From assembly GCA_016186915.1 (NCBI GenBank), contig JACPKU010000006.1, positions 173,739-237,738 of the forward strand: 64,000 nucleotides of DNA, read 5' to 3'. Under the pieces are notes generated by a model. That model ran no database searches. It saw only the letters and a list, made by a program, of their open reading frames with translations, and was not told the origin of the DNA. Below are positions 1-8,535 of the stretch, in pieces. The translations under genes and the position numbers were made by a program. Source of the stretch: Candidatus Doudnabacteria bacterium (lineage in GTDB: Bacteria; Patescibacteriota; Doudnabacteria; UBA920; O2-02-FULL-48-8). The stretch's first letter is position 1; every line of letters begins with the position of its first letter.

Positions 1-438
1 AGCAAAAGCTCGGTCCAGTCTTGAGCATCTACCCCGCCAGCACCTGCGTGAATTGAGATAAATGCTGAGTTTTGGTCGTATTTTCCAGACAGGAAGGTGT
101 GGAATGCTATCTGATCGTATAACCTCTCCAAATCGCCAAATTTTGCTTTTAAATCCCGCTCCAGCGCCTGATTAGGCTCTCTTAAAGCCATTGCAGACAT
201 TTCTTCTAGATCAGCCAGTTCTTGGGTTAAAGCGGCCCAGTTGGAGAGCTCGGTTTTCAGGCTATCCAAGGTCTTGGCAATAGTTTGGGCATTTCCATAA
301 TCTGTCCAAAAACCAGGGCTGGCCATCCGTTCTTCGAGTTCTAGAATTTTCTGTTTTTTCTGATCCAGGTCAAAGATGCTCCTTCAGATCCGAAGTCCGA
401 TCTTTTAGCGCTTTAATTTGTTTTAGCAACTCTTCCAT
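1..438 (-). CDS. prfB: Peptide chain release factor 2, N-terminal portion (continues beyond the window start), with a programmed +1 frameshift
   Basis: A minus-strand ATG at about 436-438 gives 22 codons (MEELLKQIKALKDRTSDLKEHL). It is then followed by an in-frame TGA (reverse complement of about 370-372) in the context AAGGAG-CAT-CUU-UGA-C, the classic RF2 shift site with an upstream SD-like element. The +1 frame then reads DLDQKKQKILELEERMASPGFW...ISIHAGAGGVDAQDWTELL, which matches RF2. Confidence 0.8.
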
Positions 439-441
439 AGT

Positions 442-927
442 CTATATTCTATCATAAGTCGTCCAAGTAAACTCCTCGTGCCTCTCTTCGTCAAACTTTT
501 TCCACTTGGATAGGTCTAATTCAGGAAACATAATGTCGCCTTCGACTTTCTTGTGAACATGAGTCATATAGATCCTGTCAACTTGTCCTAAATCGACCAG
601 CTGTTTGTAAATCTGCGCTCCACCCGCGATCATTAATTCGTCCGTGTCTTTTTCCAGTTGCTTGAGAGCTTCCTCCAAAGAATGAAAAACTATCACTCCT
701 TCCTGGTGAAAATTCAGATCATGCGTAACCACCACGTTTTTTCTATTCGGCAACGGCTTGCCCAAGCGCTTCAGGATGGAATTGAAAGTGTTGCGTCCCA
801 TGAGCACGGTGCGGCCTTCGGTGAGTTTCTTGAAATGCCTTAAGTCTTCCGGAATATAAAAAGGCAAATCATTGTGACTGCCAATCACGCCGTTCTGCGC
901 CACCGCAACTACAAAGGAAATTATCAT
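442..927 (-). CDS. folA: Dihydrofolate reductase
   Basis: The N-terminus MIISFVVAVAQNGVIG...LPF, the motifs TVLMGRNTFNS and GGAQIY, and a length of 161 aa fit DHFR. Confidence 0.85.
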   Translation of the reverse strand: MIISFVVAVAQNGVIGSHNDLPFYIPEDLRHFKKLTEGRTVLMGRNTFNSILKRLGKPLPNRKNVVVTHDLNFHQEGVIVFHSLEEALKQLEKDTDELMIAGGAQIYKQLVDLGQVDRIYMTHVHKKVEGDIMFPELDLSKWKKFDEERHEEFTWTTYDRI

Positions 928-1310
928 ACTTTAAAATTTTTAATCGCAGTTATTACTTCGTCGACGGTCTGGTATCGTTGGAATTTATATTTCGGATGCG
1001 GGTTTCCCGTTATCATTCTGCTCACAGAGACATCCGACAACGCCACGGCAAGCACCGGCTTATTAATTGATAAGGCGTAGCCAATCTCGAAGCCAACGCC
1101 TAATGAAGGTTGACTGCATTCCGCTAATACCAAGTCAGCATTATGCATTTGCTGAATGTTATGCTGAAAAACTGCTTTAGCTTCGCCGGGGCCAAGACCA
1201 AAGAAATCAAGTAATTCAAACTCAGCTCTTACCTTTTCTTTTAATTCATCTATGACTGGTTTTAATGCTTTCGAGGCTTGCGTTATGGACGACGCCAAAT
1301 ATATTTTCAT
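924..1310 (-). CDS. Nucleoside 2-deoxyribosyltransferase-like protein
   Basis: The motif SLGVGFEIGYA...KPV resembles the catalytic-Glu region of the NDT / Rcl-DNPH1 family. It is 128 aa. Confidence 0.5.
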   Translation of the reverse strand: MKIYLASSITQASKALKPVIDELKEKVRAEFELLDFFGLGPGEAKAVFQHNIQQMHNADLVLAECSQPSLGVGFEIGYALSINKPVLAVALSDVSVSRMITGNPHPKYKFQRYQTVDEVITAIKNFKV

Positions 1311-1343
1311 TTATAACTCACGATTGATCTAACTTATAATACG

Positions 1344-2033
1344 TTAAAGTATTTTAACTTTTGGTTTATTAAGTTTAATAATAATTCGCTTAAGTTCGGT
1401 TAGGTTGTGGATCAAGAAATCTGGTCTCATGGCCTTAAGTCTCAAGGTGCTATTGTGTCCGCCTGTGATCGCGACAGAATGACAACCAAAGTTTTTTGCA
1501 ATCTCTATTTCTTCCACCGTATCCCCCACGATCACTATCTCTTTCATTGTAAGCTTTTTGGCCTTGATGTAATCGCGCAAAAACTGGTCTTTAAATTTTT
1601 TATGCTGGTGATCGCGGTTGTGCTGAGGTCTTGCCAATACTTTACTGAAATACTTTTTAATACCTAACCCTTCCAGGCGAGCCTCAATATGCGGAATGAT
1701 ATGATTACTAAAAATAAGGCACTCGATTTGTTGTCTCTTCAAATACTCCAAGATTTGTTTGGCGCCAGTTCTGGTTCGAACTCTTTTTTCTTCTGGTTCG
1801 AACTTACTTAGAAAAATTCTCTCTTGTTCTTTAGCGTGCTGGTCGAAAAAATTCGGGTCTAACCCTAAGCTTATCCAGTATTTTCTAATCGGCACATCAT
1901 AGTGTTTCCTATATTGACCCAGGCTTATGGGCTTGAAACCAAAGTGCTTCAAGACTTCGTTATTAGCTCTGAGTGTAACCTCAGTATCGGCCACAATCGT
2001 CCCATTCCAATCAAAAGCCACGAGTTTTATCAT
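1344..2033 (-). CDS. HAD-superfamily hydrolase (phosphatase)
   Basis: The N-terminal motif I reads VAFDWNGT, and a late motif reads VGDT. Confidence 0.6.
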   Translation of the reverse strand: MIKLVAFDWNGTIVADTEVTLRANNEVLKHFGFKPISLGQYRKHYDVPIRKYWISLGLDPNFFDQHAKEQERIFLSKFEPEEKRVRTRTGAKQILEYLKRQQIECLIFSNHIIPHIEARLEGLGIKKYFSKVLARPQHNRDHQHKKFKDQFLRDYIKAKKLTMKEIVIVGDTVEEIEIAKNFGCHSVAITGGHNSTLRLKAMRPDFLIHNLTELKRIIIKLNKPKVKIL

Positions 2034-3029
2034 TTAGAATCCCCCGATGTTGGCGATGGGCGCTTTGATTGCCGGATGCGGATTGTAGTTTTCCAATTTA
2101 AAATCTTCGAATTTGAAATCGTCGATGTTTTTTATCTTGGGATTAATACTAATGTTCGGCCAGGGTTTGGGATCTCGGGATAGTTGTTCCTTGACCGCGT
2201 CGAAATGATTGGAATAAATGTGAACGTCGCCGAAAAAATGGATAAATTCACCGGGTTCAATCCCAGTGACTTGTGCGACCATTAGAGTTAACAGCGAATA
2301 ACTGGCAATATTAAACGGCACTCCTAAAAACAAATCTCCGCTTCGCTGAAACATTCCACATCGCAATTTGTTATTTACCACAGCAAACTGAAAAGTAGTA
2401 TGACAAAACGGCGGCACTTCATTCGCATTCCCCTTCGATGCCATTTGATAAATAAAATCCGGATTCCAAGCAGATACTACGTAAGATTTGCGGTAGGGTT
2501 TGTTTTTCAGACCCTCAATCACCCAACCAAGCTGGTCAATCTCTCGTCCATCAGAAGCTGGCCATCGCCTCCACATCCGGCCGTAGACGGTAATCAAATC
2601 TCCCCAATTTTTGACGAACTCGCTATCTGTGGGCTCGGCTTTGAGCCTGGCAATAAATTCGTCCTGCGTCAGATCGGGATGCGCGCCGGCCAGGGCCAGT
2701 TTATGGTATCGCTTCCAGGCCCATTCATCCCAAATATGAACATCATTATCCACTAAATATTTAATATTGGAACTGCCGGAAAGAAACCAGAGAAGTTCGT
2801 GTATGATGCCGCGAGTAAAAATTTTTTTTGTAGTCAACAATGGAAAACTTTTCGACAAATCAAATTTCATCATTTGACCAAAAACCGAACGAATGAACGG
2901 CGGCTCCTCGCCTTTCTTTTTATACTCCGCCAGAACTTCCGGCGTAAAAAATAAAGGCTTATCCGAGCCGTGGTTCAAGATATCTTTCAGCAAATTCAAA
3001 TATTGATACTCGGGGTGTTGGAATGACAT
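2034..3029 (-). CDS. thyA: Thymidylate synthase (ThyA type) with lineage-specific insertions
   Basis: The sequence FPLLTTKKIFTRGIIHELLWFLSG plus downstream ThyA blocks identify it. At 331 aa it is longer than the roughly 264 aa typical form. Confidence 0.85.
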   Translation of the reverse strand: MSFQHPEYQYLNLLKDILNHGSDKPLFFTPEVLAEYKKKGEEPPFIRSVFGQMMKFDLSKSFPLLTTKKIFTRGIIHELLWFLSGSSNIKYLVDNDVHIWDEWAWKRYHKLALAGAHPDLTQDEFIARLKAEPTDSEFVKNWGDLITVYGRMWRRWPASDGREIDQLGWVIEGLKNKPYRKSYVVSAWNPDFIYQMASKGNANEVPPFCHTTFQFAVVNNKLRCGMFQRSGDLFLGVPFNIASYSLLTLMVAQVTGIEPGEFIHFFGDVHIYSNHFDAVKEQLSRDPKPWPNISINPKIKNIDDFKFEDFKLENYNPHPAIKAPIANIGGF

Positions 3030-3040
3030 CTATTTATTTT

Positions 3041-3066
3041 ACATTCATACAGTCGTGTATGAATGT
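3041..3066. repeat. Palindromic hairpin repeat ACATTCATAC-n6-GTATGAATGT, copy 1
   Basis: It has perfect 10 bp arms and lies 2 nt after the CYTH stop codon. Two further copies lie at 3177-3202 and 19753-19782. Confidence 0.7.
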
Positions 3067-3067
3067 A

Positions 3068-3742
3068 TCAGTCTATATTAAAAGTTTTCTCAGTTCCATA
3101 ATAATCTTGCCAGTTCTGGTTATAATATGCAAACATGCGTTCCAAGCGATCCTGCGGCAACTCTTGTAATCCAAGCACATTCATACAGTCGCGTATGAAT
3201 GTCTTTGTGTTTTCTGCCTTGTCAGGATCACTTATGATTTTTTCGAACTCTGCCAAATAACCATAACCGGCGTTTTTATCAATACTGACGTTCATGTCTT
3301 TGTATTTAAACTCTTGGCGTTCTCTTGACCACTTGGCCTGATAGTGGAAACCTGAATCGAGAATCAATTTATCCAGTTCCTCCAAAGAGAGATCTACTTC
3401 GGATTCTAACTCTATTCTCGCGGTGCCGTTGCTTGAGGTGGTGTCATCAATGGATGCTTTGATGATTAATAAAACCCGGCCGTCACGATTGGCTGTTCTG
3501 ATAGAATAATCTTTGGCCTGCTCGCATAAATTTTTTAGGTTTTCTTTCTTTTCTTTTTCAACGTGCTTCACTATATTACTGTACAGTAATACAGTGTTGC
3601 TTCCGCTGAAGTAATGGTTTTGCTGCTTGTGCGGACCTAATGATTGAAAATTGGGATCGTCAGCTTTCATCTTGGTAATCAAATTATCAGCGTTATTCTT
3701 CCCGCCTAGTAAGCTTTTAATTTCTATTTCGTAAGCTGCCAT
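3068..3742 (-). CDS. CYTH (triphosphate tunnel metalloenzyme) domain protein
   Basis: The N-terminus carries an ExExK motif (AAYEIEIKSLL). Downstream there are acidic beta-strand motifs (RIELESE, LAEFEKI). Confidence 0.45.
   Translation of the reverse strand: MAAYEIEIKSLLGGKNNADNLITKMKADDPNFQSLGPHKQQNHYFSGSNTVLLYSNIVKHVEKEKKENLKNLCEQAKDYSIRTANRDGRVLLIIKASIDDTTSSNGTARIELESEVDLSLEELDKLILDSGFHYQAKWSRERQEFKYKDMNVSIDKNAGYGYLAEFEKIISDPDKAENTKTFIRDCMNVLGLQELPQDRLERMFAYYNQNWQDYYGTEKTFNID
3177..3202. repeat. Palindromic hairpin repeat, copy 2 (inside the CYTH coding region, about 37 codons from its C-terminus)
   Basis: The sequence is ACATTCATAC-AGTCGC-GTATGAATGT. It is translated as FIRDCMNV. Confidence 0.65.
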
Positions 3743-4289
3743 ATTTTTTGACCTATTGCCTGCTTGGAAAGCAGTTTACCATTAACGACGCATTGAATTC
3801 TGTTCCAAGATTTATCTGACTGTAAAATTTTCAAAGCCCGTTTTCTAGCTCGTTTCTGATGATCCAGATCAGCCTCGTGTTTGTCCTTTTTTCTTGATCT
3901 CATGAGCTTGGCTGAAATCTCCACTGGCATGTCAAGAAGAATCGTGATCTTGGGTTGAGGCAGTTTCAGTAAACCAAATGGATCATGTTTGAACCGGTGT
4001 ACCGGTCGAGTATTACTACATTTCCTTGGTTTAAACTTTTTATCAACTGGTCGCGGTATTCGTACCTGTTTAAAGCGTATAAAAAAGCAATTAATTTCGC
4101 GCCGTCAAATTTGAGCTGTCCGTTTAAATATTTTGCTATCAGCTTGCCGGTTGGCGTATGGTATCGGGGGAAAGATACCACTGCAACCGGATAACCGTGG
4201 TTTTTGAAGTTCATCCTTAAAAGTTCCGCTTGTGTTCCTTTTCCCGACCCGTCAATCCCTTCAATTGCAATAAGCCTTCCCTTGGACAT
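3724..4289 (-). pseudogene. tmk: Thymidylate kinase split into two out-of-frame ORFs (3966-4289 N-terminal part, 3724-3930 C-terminal part)
   Basis: The N-terminal ORF has the P-loop EGIDGSGKGTQ and a DRY motif, then stops. The C-terminal ORF (RSRKKDKHEADLDHQKRARKRALKIL...WNRIQ) resembles the Tmk LID/C-terminal region. The two ORFs are in different frames, and about 35-40 central residues appear to be missing. Confidence 0.45.
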
Positions 4290-4294
4290 GTTGC

Positions 4295-4879
4295 TTATTT
4301 TTTTCTTTTTTTAAACTCTTCGAAAAGTTTGGACGCTGAAGCCACTTTGGCACCGGAGTACTTATTACTTTTCTTTTTATTATACGGGGTCAAGGCCGGG
4401 CTTGATAGTTCTTCAAACGTAAACGCGCATATCCTCATGCCTGGATAAAGTGCTACCGGCATTACGCCCAAATTCCCTAATTCCAAAGTAGGCTTACCGA
4501 TCCAGCCCGGATGAAACACTGAAGCCGTGCCGTGAACAATGATCCCCAATCGGCCAAGGCTGCTGCGCCCTTCCACGCGCCCCACCAGATCACTGGATAT
4601 TTGCAGAGTCTCTACTGTAGTCACTAGAGCAAAGTCACCAGGCTGCATGATGAAAGACTCTCCTTTCGGCACAACAATTTCTTTCATTAACTTGCTGGCG
4701 TCAATCTTACTTTTAAGATCAATGTACGGATGGCTGGAATGTTGAAAAACTCGAAACCGGTTGCCTAAATGCAAATCGATCATACAGGCATCGAGTTGTT
4801 CCTGATAGTTCGGTTTCGGGGTAATTTTTATTCGCCCGGCTTTTATCGCTTGTTTGATGTCTTGGTCTGAAAGAATCAT
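4295..4879 (-). CDS. dcd: dCTP deaminase
   Basis: The protein begins MILSDQDIKQAIKAGRIKITP...IDLHLG, which is the dCTP deaminase / dUTPase fold. It is 194 aa. Confidence 0.8.
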   Translation of the reverse strand: MILSDQDIKQAIKAGRIKITPKPNYQEQLDACMIDLHLGNRFRVFQHSSHPYIDLKSKIDASKLMKEIVVPKGESFIMQPGDFALVTTVETLQISSDLVGRVEGRSSLGRLGIIVHGTASVFHPGWIGKPTLELGNLGVMPVALYPGMRICAFTFEELSSPALTPYNKKKSNKYSGAKVASASKLFEEFKKRKK

Positions 4880-4909
4880 GTGCTTATTATTTGGCTACAA
4901 CTTATTCTA

Positions 4910-5635
4910 TCATACTTTTCGGCTTTTCATAAAACCTCGCAGGATCGGGTAGTAAAGGTCGTCTTTCAGAGGCATGACAGTTTTTCGATATGTGGCTTTG
5001 TTGGTGAACCGAGTTTTGAAGCCGCGGATAATCACAATTGGCGTTTGTTCAGATCCCTCGCCCATCAACAAAACCGCCATGGCTGCCAATGGCTCTACAA
5101 GATTAGCTACAGTAACCTTCAGTTTACGGCCAAAGATATCAGGAGTCTTTCGGTAATCCTTTAGAGGTTCAAAACCGAAAAACCCAATTGATATTCCGCT
5201 AATTCCCCTACGTAGAGGTGTAATATGACTATCAGTCGCGATTAGACCCAACTTCTTAAGGCCGTGTTTGCGCTTAAGATAAGACCAAAACTGTTTAAGA
5301 AGCTTATTTGTATCTTTAGGCCAGAGAATATAGTGGCCTTTGGCATTGCTCTCGTCGATCCCGGCAGAAGCTATGATCGTGTGATGCTTAATAGTGAACA
5401 CAAACTTGTGTTTACTATTTGTAGGATGCAAAGCCACGTACTCAGCCTCTGATTGAATCAGTTTATTCTTATCTACCTTCGTATCTATTTTAACAGTGCG
5501 GCCTTGGTGGATGGCCAGGATCTTGGACGTGATCACCGCGATATCCCCGTCTTTGAGCTTAAGTTTGTCTAAGATGTCGTAGATTTCGTCTTTTGGTGGC
5601 AGGACCTTACGAGTTTTAACTTTGATGAATTGCAT
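4910..5635 (-). CDS. CofE-like (F420-0:gamma-glutamyl ligase family) protein of unknown function
   Basis: It contains DGDIAVITSKILAIHQGR, ASAGIDESNA, LIATDSH and LLMGEGSEQTPIVIIRG, which are blocks typical of the CofE/FbiB N-terminal domain family. Confidence 0.55.
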   Translation of the reverse strand: MQFIKVKTRKVLPPKDEIYDILDKLKLKDGDIAVITSKILAIHQGRTVKIDTKVDKNKLIQSEAEYVALHPTNSKHKFVFTIKHHTIIASAGIDESNAKGHYILWPKDTNKLLKQFWSYLKRKHGLKKLGLIATDSHITPLRRGISGISIGFFGFEPLKDYRKTPDIFGRKLKVTVANLVEPLAAMAVLLMGEGSEQTPIVIIRGFKTRFTNKATYRKTVMPLKDDLYYPILRGFMKSRKV

Positions 5636-5752
5636 ATGTATTTAACAATCCTTTTTCACTGAACTTGCTTACAAGTTTTTTGAATATCACGTAATTAAAC
5701 GCGATCCCTACAGCAAACAATGAGCGCTCCAAAATTACAATCGGGATTAAGC

Positions 5753-6217
5753 TTAGCCAAACCGCACTTGGCAGAAAGTGGCTCCCAGACTTCGCGCCAG
5801 CAATGATTTATTATACAGCGGATACATCAACAATGGAATCAACCAGAACATGGCGTAGAACCAGACGGTTCTGCCGATGGGATGAGCAATAAATGCTAAG
5901 ATTGCCAAAACCGGAATAACTAAATTTATTTTAGATTGTCTTGCGAAGTAGATTACTGCGAACATTGTCGGGATCAAGCGAATGATTGAGCCGAAGTCAA
6001 GATTAAAGTTGCCGTGCAGAAATAAATTTACGACTTGCATCGCCACCACAGACAGAATTCCCCAAGCTGTGCCTAAGAAAGAACCAACAATTGGAGCGAA
6101 CGCATCAAACAGAGTGAAGTTGGCGGTTGAGCCCGCCAGGTTCGAAATTTTAACTTGCAGCGCCACGATTCCTAAAGTGGTGAAAAGGACTATAAATATT
6201 ATTTTTCTTGTGTTCAT
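5753..6217 (-). CDS. Small polytopic membrane protein, possibly an ECF-transporter S-component-like protein
   Basis: It is about 154 aa with 5 transmembrane segments, counted from an internal Met (MNTRKIIFIV). The upstream part of the track ORF overlaps a structured RNA region and is probably not coding. Confidence 0.35.
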   Translation of the reverse strand: MNTRKIIFIVLFTTLGIVALQVKISNLAGSTANFTLFDAFAPIVGSFLGTAWGILSVVAMQVVNLFLHGNFNLDFGSIIRLIPTMFAVIYFARQSKINLVIPVLAILAFIAHPIGRTVWFYAMFWLIPLLMYPLYNKSLLARSLGATFCQVRFG

Positions 6218-6429
6218 ATGTTTAAGATTGTCATTCCAGCGAAAGCTGGAATCCAGAAACTTTGGATCTGGATCCCAGATCAAGTCTGGGATGACAGATT
6301 AATTCTCAAATCAAAAACTCCCGGCATGGGAGCTTGTTAAATAATACGCTAACAACTCCCAAGTCTAAAAGACTTCGGAATTTTCCGCAAACGATGACCA
6401 GATTTGTTTGTTTCGAGTAATTAACATAA
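6218..6429 (-). promoter_or_regulatory. Structured leader between rplA and the membrane-protein gene: an intrinsic terminator plus several mutually exclusive hairpins, a candidate riboswitch or attenuator
   Basis: On the minus strand the leader contains AAGCUCCCAUGCCGGGAGUUUUUGAUUU (a terminator). The upstream segment UUGGGAGUUGUU can pair with its 5' arm. It is followed by repeated CCAGA/UCUGG hairpins (about 6230-6299), including UUCCAGC-UUUC-GCUGGAA. Confidence 0.35.
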
Positions 6430-7104
6430 CTATATTTTAACTTTTATTGCTGGTCCCATTGTAGCATGAAGTGTAATGCCTTGCACAAACTCCTTTTTCA
6501 CTCCTGCTGTTCTGGTTTGCATCAAAGCATTCAAAAAGGACCTGTAGTTCTCCAAAAGTTTAGCCGAGTCTAGATCGGACTTGCCAAGCAGCATATGCAC
6601 ATTGCCTGATTCGTCGTTTTTAAACTCCGTCTTGCCAGCGGCATATTCCTTGATCGCCGTGCCAATGTCTTGGGTAACAGTTCCGGCTTTGGGGTTGGGC
6701 ATCAATCCTTTGGGTCCCAGTATTTTGGCGATCTGGGCAAGTTTAGGCATCATGGCTGGTTCAGCAATTGCTACGTCAAATCCAATTGTTCCTTTTTCTT
6801 TGATTTGCTTAATCAGATCCTCTCCGCCAACCACCACGGCTCCTGCATCCTGCGCTTCTTTTTCTTTGCCTTCTGTCACGAAGGCTCCGACTTTTTTGGT
6901 TTTGCCTGTTGCGTGAGGCAGAGTGAGAGTTGACCGCACCACTTGGTCAGTTTTTTTCGGATCTATACCTAATCGGACGTGAACCTCAAGATTCCCCACA
7001 AACTTGGTGGTGGCAGTCTGTTTGGCAAGCTTAATTGCTTCTTCTGGAGTGTATAGTTTGGTGTTGTTAACTGCCTTTTTTGCATCCTCGAATCGTTTAC
7101 CCAT
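6430..7104 (-). CDS. rplA: 50S ribosomal protein L1
   Basis: The sequence MGKRFEDAKKAV...KFVGNLEVHVRLGIDPKK...TLPHATGK identifies L1. The track ORF is extended upstream by a TTG start. Confidence 0.85.
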   Translation of the reverse strand: MGKRFEDAKKAVNNTKLYTPEEAIKLAKQTATTKFVGNLEVHVRLGIDPKKTDQVVRSTLTLPHATGKTKKVGAFVTEGKEKEAQDAGAVVVGGEDLIKQIKEKGTIGFDVAIAEPAMMPKLAQIAKILGPKGLMPNPKAGTVTQDIGTAIKEYAAGKTEFKNDESGNVHMLLGKSDLDSAKLLENYRSFLNALMQTRTAGVKKEFVQGITLHATMGPAIKVKI

Positions 7105-7161
7105 AAAATCCTTTCGTGGTGTTAACGTCGCGCTCAACCGCGGACTCCCACAATTAATTGA

Positions 7162-7524
7162 TTAAACCTGTCCTTCTTTTTGAATTAATCGCCAATGATA
7201 AACGAACAACGGCAAGCCAACTATGAGTTGGGCAACCGCGTTTGAGGCCTGTCTTTGTCTGTCAGAGGTTCTCTGTTGTCTTTGCCTTTCCTCTTCTTTC
7301 GCTTCTTTGGCGGCAATTTCTTCCTCAGTCAACTCCTCTTGCGTCCCTTCCTTAGTCGGTGCGGCGAATCGGTCTACGTAAATAGGATAATTATCAGCCT
7401 GTTTAAACACAAAGGTTTTCAATCCCAGATCAATCAGGCTGACTGAACCGGTAATCATAAGCACCAAACCCACGACCGCGAACAGATAGAGATAGATTTT
7501 TCGCACCGTTAGATTTAAGGCCAT
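7162..7524 (-). CDS. Hypothetical two-transmembrane membrane protein inserted between rplK and rplA
   Basis: It has two hydrophobic helices flanking a charged linker rich in E, K, R and Q. Confidence 0.4.
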   Translation of the reverse strand: MALNLTVRKIYLYLFAVVGLVLMITGSVSLIDLGLKTFVFKQADNYPIYVDRFAAPTKEGTQEELTEEEIAAKEAKEEERQRQQRTSDRQRQASNAVAQLIVGLPLFVYHWRLIQKEGQV

Positions 7525-7539
7525 ATTTCTCCTTTTTAA

Positions 7540-7962
7540 TTATTTTATTTCTACGCCCATAGAACGAGCAGTGCCTTCCACAATTTTCATGGCTTGTCCA
7601 AGATCATTGGCATTCAGATCAGGCATCTTGGTTTCCGCAATTTCCTTAACTTGCGCCTTGCTAATACTGCCGACTTTGATCTTCAAAGGATTGCCTGAAC
7701 CCTTTTCGATCCCCGCGGCCTTGCGAATAAGCACGGCCGCTGGCGGAGTTTTGAGGATAAACTTAAAGGACCGATCCTCATAAATCGTGATTTCAGCCGG
7801 CACCACAGTGTCGCCCATTGCGGCAGTCTTTTCGTTGAACTCCTTGGTAAATTGCCCGATATTAATACCATGCGGTCCCAAGGCTGTGCCCACCGGAGGC
7901 GCGGGAGTGGCTTTGCCTGCAGGCAGTTGAATTTTTACGATTATTTTGACTTTCTTGGCCAT
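7540..7962 (-). CDS. rplK: 50S ribosomal protein L11
   Basis: The sequence [35 protein letters not shown] identifies L11. Confidence 0.9.
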   Translation of the reverse strand: MAKKVKIIVKIQLPAGKATPAPPVGTALGPHGINIGQFTKEFNEKTAAMGDTVVPAEITIYEDRSFKFILKTPPAAVLIRKAAGIEKGSGNPLKIKVGSISKAQVKEIAETKMPDLNANDLGQAMKIVEGTARSMGVEIK

Positions 7963-7974
7963 ATTATTATTGGG

Positions 7975-8520
7975 TTATAATTTCTTGATCTGAAGAAAAT
8001 CTAACTCCAAAGGAGTCTCTCGACCAAAAATTGAAACTAATACTTTTATCTTTCCTTTTTCTGCGTCCACTTCAGAAACCTTGCCTTCGTAATCCTTAAA
8101 CGGCCCGTCCATGACTCTAACCAGATCTCCGATCACCACGTCAATCTTATACTTCGGCTCTTCTACTCCGGTGCGCTTCTGCAAAGACAAAATCTCTGGC
8201 GGCGAAATCGGGGTCGGTACAATGCCCGATCCTACAAACCCTGTGACGTTGGGCGTATTTCGCACCACGTACCATGAATCGTCAGTGACAATCATCTGCA
8301 CCAAAACATATCCTGGAAAAATCTTCTCTTCCACTGTCACGCGCTTACCGTCCTTAATCTTAATCTTTTTTTCCTTGGGCACCATGACGTTAAAAATTTT
8401 ATCCTCCATACCCATGGATTCGATGCGCTGTTGGAGATTAAAAGCCACGCTGTCCTCATAACCAGAATAAGTGTGGAGTACGTACCAATTTTTTTCACCT
8501 GTTACTTGTTGTCTAGACAT
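7975..8520 (-). CDS. nusG: Transcription termination/antitermination factor NusG
   Basis: It has WYVLHTYSGYE and a KOW-like C-terminus (GDLVRVMDGPFKDYEGKV). Confidence 0.85.
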   Translation of the reverse strand: MSRQQVTGEKNWYVLHTYSGYEDSVAFNLQQRIESMGMEDKIFNVMVPKEKKIKIKDGKRVTVEEKIFPGYVLVQMIVTDDSWYVVRNTPNVTGFVGSGIVPTPISPPEILSLQKRTGVEEPKYKIDVVIGDLVRVMDGPFKDYEGKVSEVDAEKGKIKVLVSIFGRETPLELDFLQIKKL

Positions 8521-8535
8521 AAAATCAGTGAGTAG

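Noticed and set aside
6230-6299. TPP riboswitch assignment for the hairpin cluster upstream of the membrane-protein gene.
   Set aside because: Only a partial UGAUCUGG resemblance is present. The CUGAGA J3-2 element and the P3/P5 organisation are missing. It is reported only as an unclassified candidate.
7105-7137. Upstream extensions of track ORFs (rplA TTG-extended start; helicase 18130-18213; lepA 38566-38586; cysS 60105-60137; HD gene 34809-34922; mscS 51382-51444; ftsB-like 36226-36288).
   Set aside because: The extensions do not align with the N-termini of the respective families. They overlap tRNAs or structured RNA, or they lack RBS support. Internal starts were preferred.
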